Shown here piece after piece: positions 49,234-59,200 of a stretch of DNA of 64,000 nucleotides. Location of the stretch: positions 15,686,001 to 15,750,000 of the forward strand of contig OZ059894.1 of the NCBI GenBank assembly GCA_964057225.1, given 5' to 3'. The notes beneath the pieces are model-generated. The model did not search any database and was not told where the DNA came from. It saw only the letters and a program-made list of their open reading frames with translations. Position numbers and translations under genes: made by a program. This stretch comes from Auanema rhodensis. Its lineage: Eukaryota > Animalia > Nematoda. How positions within the stretch are numbered: position 1 is the stretch's first letter; every line of letters begins with the position of its first letter.

Positions 49234-49491
49234 TCAACTTTGCCATTAAAACGTCACCTGCTACATTAGGTGGTCAGTTATGAATATTCCCTGTCACTGT
49301 GAATTATGTATAAGATACACGTTGGAACAATCTGTGCCAACACCCCTGTACAAAAAGATTTTGAAACGTATTTCAGTGCCATTCATTAAAGGAATATCTC
49401 TGGGACTAGGCTTTTGTACAACACTAGTCATTATTCCACTCATTATATAAAAGTGAGCTGACTGTGTGTGGTTGTTTTTTATTTTCCTCTA

Positions 49492-49956
49492 ATGGAACTT
49501 TTATGTAACAAGTATTGTGTTACGTGCAAGGAAATATTTTCATCAGTCAAGCATTTTAGTGATCACATATTGAAAAGACATGACGGGATTCAACCCGTAT
49601 GTAACAGTTATATCAGCAATGCTGACTTTATTCAAAAATATGGACATTTGGATGGTGTTCGTAGACGTTTGTGCCCTTATTGTAGTGAAACTTTTGGAAC
49701 AAGATTCAATTGTCAGCGTCATATTCGGCGTCTTCATAATAGTAATGGAACGAATGGTAAAGATGGTGATGGAAATGATACCAGCAAACCCTCTGAAAAA
49801 ACTGAGGAGTTTGTACAGTCAACCGAACCAAAACGATGCCGCTGCAATAGTAACCGAGAATATTCACAACACGAGCCGCGCATCGAACAAAACGGCGCTG
49901 AACTACCTTTTAAACCTTCGAAAATCGTAATGTGGTCTTGTATAACTGTTGAATAA
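49492..49956 (+). CDS. C2H2 zinc-finger protein
   Basis: CVTC...F......HILKRH and CPYC...F......HIRRLH; TATA-like TATATAAAA near 49444; first ATG at 49492. Confidence 0.75.
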   Translation: MELLCNKYCVTCKEIFSSVKHFSDHILKRHDGIQPVCNSYISNADFIQKYGHLDGVRRRLCPYCSETFGTRFNCQRHIRRLHNSNGTNGKDGDGNDTSKPSEKTEEFVQSTEPKRCRCNSNREYSQHEPRIEQNGAELPFKPSKIVMWSCITVE

Positions 49957-49961
49957 AACAT

Positions 49962-50819
49962 TTATTTCACATTTTTAACATGTAATGTAACAACTGTAGA
50001 ACCATAATTAAATTGCATAGGGCGGCCAAATTCATCTAAAATTTCAATACGTATAGTATCGAGTGTTTGCTTAGTGATTGGTACATAACGAATAGGATTA
50101 AATGTTTTGGCAATCATTTTACCAAATTCGGTGGGAGGTGGTACAGGTAAACATGCAAGTAAATTAGCTTTCACATTACCGAGAATGGAATATTCTACAA
50201 TATCACAATATATATACATTGTATTAATGTTATTTGAAAAATCAATGGGGCGCCTGGCTATTAACGTGTCGTTGATAATTTTATTCTCAAAGCCAAGAAA
50301 ATATGCGAGAGCATCACCGAGTGTTGCATTCAATAATAGCCGCTTACTTGTTACAAACTCTATGCGTTGTAGTGTTTTGTTAAATCGAAACGTGGCGTCT
50401 GCCAGCATTTCCTTGACAAGTTTAGCCTCAGCTTGTCGATTATTATACCACTTTTTCACATCTTCATCTTTATCTATCAAACCCTTTATACGTGCTTCTT
50501 CCTCAGCTCCAAGAGGTTTAGTGCTGCTAGCAATAAATTGTTCTTTTCCAGCATTGATTCCGCGTATTATTTCATCACCATTTGCATAGTTACCTTTGGG
50601 CAAGTGCAGAATAAACTTTCTGTTGGAAAAACGTAGTGTATAAGAAAGATTTTCTTGTACATTTAATATCGAACACGGAAAGATTATGTCTGTCAGCCCA
50701 ATGCAATATCTGTTATTGCGTAGCCTTAATGTTTCAGGTAACCTGGTAAGAAACACTGATGAGGTATTACTTTTTTCAGAGTCAACTGATGACGGCAAAG
50801 TAATGTAAAAGTCATCCAT
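49962..50819 (-). CDS. Maverick minor capsid (penton) protein
   Basis: DDFYITLPS...NTSS.F.TRLP, MYIYCDIVE.SILGN...LL, Y.P...I.I.I.DE.G. Confidence 0.88.
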   Translation of the reverse strand: MDDFYITLPSSVDSEKSNTSSVFLTRLPETLRLRNNRYCIGLTDIIFPCSILNVQENLSYTLRFSNRKFILHLPKGNYANGDEIIRGINAGKEQFIASSTKPLGAEEEARIKGLIDKDEDVKKWYNNRQAEAKLVKEMLADATFRFNKTLQRIEFVTSKRLLLNATLGDALAYFLGFENKIINDTLIARRPIDFSNNINTMYIYCDIVEYSILGNVKANLLACLPVPPPTEFGKMIAKTFNPIRYVPITKQTLDTIRIEILDEFGRPMQFNYGSTVVTLHVKNVK

Positions 50820-50898
50820 CAGAGACCACCACCTGATGCGTGCACACTAGTATAAATGAAATCATTTGCATTATAGGTACATTTACGAGTGGTTGATT

Positions 50899-51546
50899 AT
50901 GGTTTTCAGCTTCAAACTACCCAGTCAGACAACTGTAATAGGGGCAACGCAATGTGGTAAAACTACCCTTATAAAACGTATATGTGAAAATACTGAAAAG
51001 TTTTTCAACGTCCCCATTGATAGAATATTCTGGTTCAGTCAATGTGGAGCATCGTCAGGTGTTCCATTAAATGATGAGCGTTTAATAGTTATTCAAGGAC
51101 CACCTGATCCGGATATAATAAAAGAGCAAAAGGGAGTAAACACCATACTAGTGCTGGATGATTTGATGAATTTTTTCTCATCGAATAAAGCGGCTAAAGA
51201 ATTACTCAACAACATTTTTACAGTGTGGGCACATCACTGGAATTTGGCAGTGTTTAATCTTGTGCAAGCTGCATTTCAGCTAGACAGGACCAGTCGAATT
51301 AATAGTACATATATAATACTGATGAAAAGTCATTCGGATATATTACAAATACGTAATTGTCTGCAACAATTATTTGGCCCCCGCTTTAAAAATGCTCTAG
51401 AAGCATATGATGATGCAATGTCTACACCCTATAGTCATTTACTGATTGACAACCATCCTTTAACAAATGAGAAACAGCGTATACTATCAGATATAACAGC
51501 GGAGCACCCTATTGTTTATGTAGCCAGAAATATATTCAGTGTTTAA
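50899..51546 (+). CDS. A32/FtsK-like packaging ATPase
   Basis: Walker A GATQCGKTT, Walker B LVLDD, HH.N, SRINSTY; first ATG at 50899. Confidence 0.92.
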   Translation: MVFSFKLPSQTTVIGATQCGKTTLIKRICENTEKFFNVPIDRIFWFSQCGASSGVPLNDERLIVIQGPPDPDIIKEQKGVNTILVLDDLMNFFSSNKAAKELLNNIFTVWAHHWNLAVFNLVQAAFQLDRTSRINSTYIILMKSHSDILQIRNCLQQLFGPRFKNALEAYDDAMSTPYSHLLIDNHPLTNEKQRILSDITAEHPIVYVARNIFSV

Positions 51547-51558
51547 TGTGCATGTTCA

Positions 51559-51867
51559 ATGAGTGGTCGTATTTTGTCAAATTACAACTTTTTATCTTCT
51601 TGTGCCAAAACCCCTTGTTCTGTTTCCTCATTTTCTTTTTCACAAATTGAAATTATTGTTGAAATTGTATTTAATATTGTGAAAAATAATAATTTTCTCT
51701 TAACTAACAAGGAATATAAAACCCTTTTGCCCATATCATCATTATTACGTCAAATAGCTTTGATACGCACACCCGAAAAGGCTAAATCTTTATTGGCAAC
51801 GATTTCACACAAACAATTGAAAACAATAGTTTCATGTGGAATTGCTTATTTTGGTTTTAAAAGATGA
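51559..51867 (+). CDS. Small Maverick hypothetical protein
   Basis: 102 aa directly after the ATPase; IVEIVFNI motif resembles the small conserved Polinton ORF found at this position. Confidence 0.6.
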   Translation: MSGRILSNYNFLSSCAKTPCSVSSFSFSQIEIIVEIVFNIVKNNNFLLTNKEYKTLLPISSLLRQIALIRTPEKAKSLLATISHKQLKTIVSCGIAYFGFKR

Positions 51868-52601
51868 AACTCAATCATAAATATCGTCTAATCCCTGTTG
51901 ATGATGAAACGCTGAATATAGACAAGTTTGATGCTGAATTGAAGCTCTTACGAGAGAATAAATCTATACCCGATTATAAAAAGGCTGAACTATACGAAGA
52001 CTTGATTACCCGTCTCAAAAATTATAGAGAAAGCATAGATGCGCCTATATCAGTACAAGTGGAAAATGCTGATCCACCATTATTGCCAGAATACAAGCTG
52101 CCACGAAAGTACAACGATCTGTGGGAAAGATTTCCAGAGGTGCGTACAAACAAAAATAACCAACTTGTGATTAATAATGAGCCCGTACCAAACACAAATA
52201 TTACAAAAATTTTGGATTTTGTACTGGATAAAACAAAGACGGAACCCAATGGATTCTCAGTATTAGCCAAATTCTTAGCCAGTAATGGGGTCTCTAGCCC
52301 TAACAAGAAGGCAAAAAATGTAGAGCCTGCCGTCAGTAACAAGGATTCAGTTGATCCCGTGCCTACATCCACATCGGCTGTCACAGACTTGGATGCTACT
52401 ATTAATATATTACCTAGAACACCACGTCATCGTAAGGCTGTTATTCGATATTCACCCTCTCCGCGTCGTACATTCAAATCCAAAGCTATAAATAAAAAGG
52501 CAAAACCCGCTGACACTGGTGAATCATATTACACACCTCAAGCTGGAGAAACACAGAATGGCAAAGGCCGTAAACGATTCTACATTAGATTATGGAAGTA
52601 A
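51864..52601 (+). CDS. Maverick hypothetical protein
   Basis: 245 aa, ATGA overlap with the upstream ORF, QNGKG motif near the C-terminus. Confidence 0.65.
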   Translation: MKLNHKYRLIPVDDETLNIDKFDAELKLLRENKSIPDYKKAELYEDLITRLKNYRESIDAPISVQVENADPPLLPEYKLPRKYNDLWERFPEVRTNKNNQLVINNEPVPNTNITKILDFVLDKTKTEPNGFSVLAKFLASNGVSSPNKKAKNVEPAVSNKDSVDPVPTSTSAVTDLDATINILPRTPRHRKAVIRYSPSPRRTFKSKAINKKAKPADTGESYYTPQAGETQNGKGRKRFYIRLWK

Positions 52602-53625
52602 TGTTTTGGAGAACATTTATTATAATATTAAGCATCCAGCTTCTTATACGTCTGCCAAAAATCTATTATTGGAAGCGCGAAAGCATGGCATCGCAAAAGC
52701 ACAAGTTGAAAGTTTTTTGCAAGACTCTGAAACTTTTACACGTCATAAACCAACCAGACTGCATATGCAGACTAAAAAGACTAGAGGCTGTGGTCGATTC
52801 CTAACAATGCAAGCAGATTTGGTTGATATGCAAAAATATAAAAAATCAAATGACGGCTATGCTTACATGTTGACCATGATTGATGTTTATACACGCATGT
52901 TATATGTTAGGCCTTTGAAAACTAAAGGTGGTTTAGAGGTTGCTACTGCATTTGAAAATGTATTCAAGGATTTTATACCAATCCAACTAATAACGGATAA
53001 CGGTGCAGAGTTTTATAATAGTCATTGTGAAAAACTATTCAAAAAATTTGCCATACTGCATGGATCAACAAGTTCACCACAAAAGGCGGCAATGGTGGAG
53101 CGAGCAAATAGAACTTTAAAAACGCGCATGATGAAATATCTCTATTACAAGAATAATCATCGATGGATTGATATACTAGATGACTTGGTCGAAGGAATAA
53201 ACAAATCTTATAATCGGTCGATTAAAATGCGCCCCGTAGATGTTACAGCAAATATATTCGTTGAAGAATATGCACCAGCTGTTCGCAACCGATTCAAAAT
53301 TGGTGATAATGTTCGCATAAGCAAGAACAGGCGTACTTTTGAAAAAAGTTACGAGTCTGGATATACAATGGAACTATTCACAATTGATGAGATTGTAGCC
53401 GGGAACCCAACCGTGTATAAACTTGTAGATTATAATGGTGAACGTATAAAGGGAATATTCTATGAGCCTGAACTTGTGTTGGCTACTAATAAAAGCAACC
53501 AGTACTATATTGAGAAAGTTTTGAAAGAGCGTACACGAAATGGTAAACGCCAAGTATTTGTAAAATGGAGTGGCTATCCCGACAACTTTAATGAATGGAT
53601 AGATGCAGAAAATTTAAATATATAA
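52558..53625 (+). CDS. Retroviral-like integrase with C-terminal chromodomain
   Basis: QADLVD, IDVYTR, ITDNGAEF, MVERANRTLK (DDE) and YYIEKVL...VFVKWSGYPDNFNEWI (chromodomain). Confidence 0.95.
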   Translation: MAKAVNDSTLDYGSNVLENIYYNIKHPASYTSAKNLLLEARKHGIAKAQVESFLQDSETFTRHKPTRLHMQTKKTRGCGRFLTMQADLVDMQKYKKSNDGYAYMLTMIDVYTRMLYVRPLKTKGGLEVATAFENVFKDFIPIQLITDNGAEFYNSHCEKLFKKFAILHGSTSSPQKAAMVERANRTLKTRMMKYLYYKNNHRWIDILDDLVEGINKSYNRSIKMRPVDVTANIFVEEYAPAVRNRFKIGDNVRISKNRRTFEKSYESGYTMELFTIDEIVAGNPTVYKLVDYNGERIKGIFYEPELVLATNKSNQYYIEKVLKERTRNGKRQVFVKWSGYPDNFNEWIDAENLNI

Positions 53626-53749
53626 TTTTTCACTGTTGTTGTAAACAATTGTATTAATAATAAATGATTTATTTGATCAATCGTTCATATTGTAACAATA
53701 AAAACCAGCAAAACATAAAAGCCAAGACAATGATATAACCTATAATTAT

Positions 53750-54770
53750 AAACTGATTAATATTTAAATTTTTAATGCTTACCAGTTGGTTAGAGAGTCG
53801 GCTGTTGATGGATAATTTCAAACTTCAAGAGCTGGAAAAAAAAATGTTACGGCTAAGAAAATTTAAATATAACATAACAAAATCAACCAACTGTCCATTA
53901 AACAGTTTGTGCTTGTTGTAGTCAAAACGATGGATCAAAACGGATAAGCATATTCAAGTTGAGCGCCTGTTGACTTAATTTAAAGTAGAACACATTCTGC
54001 TTATAACCAAAAGACTTGACAGTTGACTCATCAGTATAAATGGCAATGTAACCCATATTATTCAACAATTGTTTTGATGACATGCTAGAATAGGAACGCA
54101 TCTGTAAAAGAAAAAATAATAATTAGAATTAATAATTTTATAATCTCACATTGATTGTTGAATTTTCAGGTTTATAATGACGGAAAACTTTTAAAAGCCC
54201 TAAGGCATCATTCCTCGCTCTACACTTGACACAGAGGCTGAAACAGTGGTACTCGTCTACGACTTGCAATGTATCCCTACAAGTTTTGCAGAGACATATT
54301 GGTCTCATAACTACAGGCTGTTGTGGCGAGCTATCCTTTGAGATTTGTACCTGCTTTTTTGGTGTGTCTAAACAAAAAATAATTAATAACAAAAATAAAA
54401 CCTTACCAAAGAATGTGGCAGCAAAGTTGGGTCCTGGTGTGGGTGGTCTTGGAACATCCGGTTCCGGTGTCGAAGGTACAATATTCTCTACATCAACAAG
54501 AGCGGAACGCTTCATGTTTGTAGCCCAATTGGAGGCTTTTCCTAAACAACAACGAACTTTTACGTCTAGGGTCCAAGTAGAGTAGAGGAAAGTCCTAGCA
54601 GCAGTCTGTTGACGTTGGATCAGATCGTCGGCTTGTTGGCAGAGGTGGATCGGCGAGAAGACTTGGTGGCGGAGCTGGATCGGAGAGTAGACTTGTTGAC
54701 AGAGCTGGATCGTAGAGTCGACTTGTTGGCGGAGCTGAAATGCAAATTTCGGTCTAAAAAATTTTTCCAC
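53750..54770 (-). CDS. Spliced Maverick gene of unknown function; four 30-bp tandem repeats at about 54618-54737
   Basis: 210-aa ORF with a Pro-rich stretch and CxCxxC...HC..LC..C; minus-strand GTAAG and TTTAG/TTACAG/TTCCAG sites. Exon structure not resolved. Confidence 0.45.
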
Positions 54771-56267
54771 CTTTTATACAAACTTTGTTGTAAAGCTCTA
54801 CCCACTCCGCCTCTTCCACAAAACAGTTGACTGCTGTATGCGGCTTTTCTATTTGTTATATATTACAACAAATATATGCATTTATACATTAATTAGCAGT
54901 TTGTTGCGCAAACAGCTGCCAAATGCGCTAAAATACACCGATTGCGCCAACAGTTGCCGGATTAACAACCTGTAAACTATCCGCTTATTAATTACTTGTT
55001 ACAGCATTCGATTTCGTAAATCCAAATATTTAACAATAATTCAACTCATTTGTGACAAGTCCTTATACAATAACAACTGTCAGCCAAAATTGTGGAATAT
55101 TACAATAGGATCGTTTAATATTGTATTCATATTCTTATTATAACAGCTGTGGTACACTCTTACTTTTAGGAAACACTAATTCAAAATGTTGGATCCTTCT
55201 GAGGAAACGCAGGATTGTTGCGAAAAACAGACTTGTACACACCCGATTACAAGTACAACATTTCCAGACACTTTGTAAAAAAGAAACTCTTACAAAATGT
55301 TAACACATGTTCTAATTTTAAATGAAAATTTATTGTTCAATAAATATATTACGAAACATTTATTCTATTCTTGAACATAGTTATGAAATACATTAGCTAT
55401 CAGAACATTTATAAACTATTAGGGCTACAACAACAATTACTTTAAAGTAACATTTTTTGATGCTAAAAAGTTTGAAAATATTCGTATATACTCATGACCC
55501 CTTGGCATAGTAAGTATTCTTTAGCGTTATGGGTACATGTGGTGTACAGCTATTTATCATATTTTTATGAACACAACTTTTGCCATGTGGTACATGTGTA
55601 GTGCACCTGTTTTAACAATCTTATCGAATTAACCTTCGATATGTGTTTCATTAAATTTAGTTTAAATATTTATTACTTCTTATCGAATTAACCTTCGATA
55701 TGAGTTCCATTGATTAACCCATAAGAGGTACGGTGAACATATTGATTACCTTTTAAAAATATTTAAATAAATAAAAAACAATATATATGAGAAATAATTT
55801 ATTCAGTTTTAAAGACACAATTAAAAAATATATATATATTAAAATACATTTAAAAAGAAATATTATTAAAAACACATTTAAAAAGAAACAATTAAATAAT
55901 AATATTTACAAATACAATTTAAAATATATATAAATATTAAAAATACATTTAAAAAGAAATAAGTTTAAAAATATTTACAAATACAATTAACAAATATATA
56001 AATAATAAAAGTTCATTTAAAATAATACATTAAAAAATAATTTTAAAAATGATTTTAAAAAAAAATCATGCATTTTGATCCATGCGCAGGCTCGAGAGCC
56101 TGCATCGGGAGGGAAAGTATATTTTTGACAGCTGACGCCGAAAATATGATTTTGACAGCTGACGCCCCCAAAAGTATGTTTTTAGCAGCTGACGCCCTCA
56201 AAAGTATGTTTTTAGCAACTGTTTGGGGGCGTGGTTAGTAAATTCGGCATGGCTCTCTACTAACAAC

Positions 56268-59200
56268 GAGATACAATATACACAGAATATATCTCAGAGA
56301 ATAGCGCAAGATCATCTACAATATGCAACCACTCTTATACAGGAAGAATTGCAAAAGCATTTTATGGAATCTTACGAATCCATATGCGAGATACAAAATA
56401 GATATCTCGAATTGTGGCGTTCAATTCTCCAAATAGAGCCAACCATAGCAATGAGAACAATCCTTGGCAGAGAAGACATAGCAGCGCGTTTCGTGGGCAG
56501 CGAAATAGTTCATGTTCATATATGCCTACCAATAGAGCCTAAAACCGTTCACCACTCTCATAAAATCAATGAAACATGTTACTTAGAGACACCAGTAACA
56601 ACCGAAGACAACAAATTATATTTCGCAGCACCGGGATCAAGAGATTTACTCTCGTACGGGAAAGAAATCGACTGCGAACACGTACCAACTGATATTTATG
56701 AGAAAAACGGGGAATGGATGAACATTAATGGGTCTGCGGAAGTCAATCCCATCACACTTTTTGATGGAGCCCACCAACATAAAGTTACGCCTTTAAAATT
56801 TACAGGTGCTCATCTTTATACTAATCTTTCATCAAGAGTCTATTCAATGACTACCGCAATAGCGTATGGAGCTAGTTTAGCTTCAATACGACAAAATCAC
56901 GTACTAAATACGATTCACAACGACCCAAAGATAACGTCAGCCTTTATTCTTTTGAAAAAGGGCAGCGATTATATTTCGAAAGCAACTGAGTTCACAACTA
57001 CAGCCTGGAATAGCATAAAACAATTCTTAATGGGGACAATTGAAAGAACCTTAATATTAATAGGATCTACTGTTCTAATCATTGCAGCAATCATAATTAC
57101 CATCTTTGCCGGAAAATTTTACTTTTTCAAAGCAATGCCACTACCAGTCATGCATATTCAAAGAGCAGACAACGAGCCCCCAGGCTACGAGGAAACATTA
57201 GAACTCGTTAGCCGCCCAGACCAACCAATGCCAGAAAATATAATGAAGCAGTATTACCCGGCGCTCGTAACATTCATTCCACTAGCAATACCATTTATTG
57301 CTTCTATTAAATCAAAAGAAACAAAGCTACCACTTATCTATATATCAGTAGAAGATAAGCTGATATTAGCTTTATGGGATTCAGGCTCGTCAGTCTCATA
57401 TGTCAGGCTATCGACATTAAAATACCTGAACATGGCTCAACACGTCAAAAAGCGACGATTAGTGGCAATGGCAGCAAACAAAACAACGTTTACATTATAC
57501 GGAAAAATAAATTTAAACATCGAAATTGCTGGCTATGAGATAGAACATACCTTTTTGGTCTCAAATGACTGTGATTGCCCAGCCCCTGCTCTTATTGGGA
57601 TGGACTTTATGAGCACGCTCGACAGTGAAAACATTGATGTCAGTTTAAAACCATCGAAAAAGATGCTAGAGATCGGAAATTACGCACTCCCTTTAATTGA
57701 ACAGGACGCCATTAAACAAACGGCAATAACAGTAAATATCATCAATTTGAAGAAAAGAATCATACAACCCGATGAAGAGTCCACTATTCCAATCAAAGCT
57801 GATAGACCACTTAAATCAAACGAAGTGGTAATCTTAAGGGACAACGGAAATGCATTAGCTTCAAGTTATCCAACAGCTTTCCGTGAGACAAGTGGAGTAT
57901 ATGTAGTTTTCCGTAACAATACGGACAAAACATTAGCTATGGAAGCTAATTCAGTCATAGGGCAGGCAACAATAGGAGAAGTACCAAGCTGGCAAACAAT
58001 ACAAGAAGACCCTATGCAACCATATATTCCACCAGAAGCAGATTGGGAGAATAAATTACCCCACTTTCCAAGAAATTTTATGAATGACCTTAATCTGGAT
58101 AAAGCAGATTTGAATAATGAAGACAAGCACGAGCTCACAAACATAGTTAAGAACCATCGTGAGGCCTTTCTTAATGAAGATAGGAAGATAGGTCTATTTA
58201 AAGGACCCATTGAGCATACAATTCCACTAAGATCGGATATGGACATGCCAAGGTCAAGAATAACGAGGATTCCACTTGGTAAACAGGAAGAAGTGGAAAA
58301 GCAAGTAAAAGAAATGCTAGAGCAAGGCATAATCGAACCCTCTACATCCCTCTTCAATAGCCCTGCTGTGCTAGTGAAGAAGAAGGATGAGACATATAGG
58401 TTCGTGACAGATTTTCGAGCCCTCAATAGTGTCACGCGTAAACAAACATACGTTATACCAAGCATATCGGATATAGTTGACATGGCAGCTGGAGCTCAAT
58501 TCTTCTCAAACTTTGATTTAGTATCAGGATTTTTTCAAATATCACTACGTAAATCTGATCGTCCTTTAACAGCATTTACAACAACATCAGGCACGTATCA
58601 ATATAAAAGAATGCCTATGGGTCTCTGTGGAGCCCCTCATACTTTTCAAACAGCAGTAAGATATTTGCAAAGTAAATGCTCTTGCAAATTATTTGTATAC
58701 TTGGACGATCTGCTGATAATCTCTGATACAAGAAAGCAACACCTTGAAGATATCGACGAATTATTACATGCAGTCGAAAGCTTGGGAATGAAAATTAAGT
58801 TAAAGAAATGTGCCTTTGCTCAACCAGAAGTAAAATTTCTCGGATTAATAATTGGAAGAGAAGGAATAAAACCGGACCCTCAAAAAGTGGCTGCGATACA
58901 AGAATATCCGGCACCAAAGAACGCAACAGGCGTTCGCGCATTCTTAGGAATGGTTGGATTTTTTCGCAAATTCATTAAAGATTTTGCAAGTATCGCAAGC
59001 CCATTGTACGATTTGACAAAGACGGATACCGAATTCGCTTGGGAAAAGCAACATCAGGAAGCTGTAGATCGATTAAAAAGAAGTCTCACCCAAGCGCCTG
59101 TATTAAGTCCACCAAAATCTGATCGATTATTCATTATCGAGAGTGACGGCAGCAACATAGCAGTGGGCGCAGTATTATTGCAACCAGAAGATCCCACGCA

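Larger units (their letters stand above)
39561..56261. mobile_element. Maverick/Polinton, 16,701 bp, apparently complete
   Basis: AGTAGAGAGCCATGCC...GGCATGGCTCTCTACT termini, long TIRs, 6-bp TSD AACAAC, and pPolB, INT, ATPase, PRO, MCP and minor capsid genes. Confidence 0.98.

Noticed and set aside
56223-56267. Start of the 1601-aa ORF as an independent gene
   Set aside because: The first 13 codons are Maverick TIR read in frame from a TTG; the ORF is the continuation of the 35706 ORF.
42544-58483. Short ORFs overlapping Maverick and pol genes on the opposite strand or in other frames
   Set aside because: Shadow ORFs of well-supported genes with no independent evidence.
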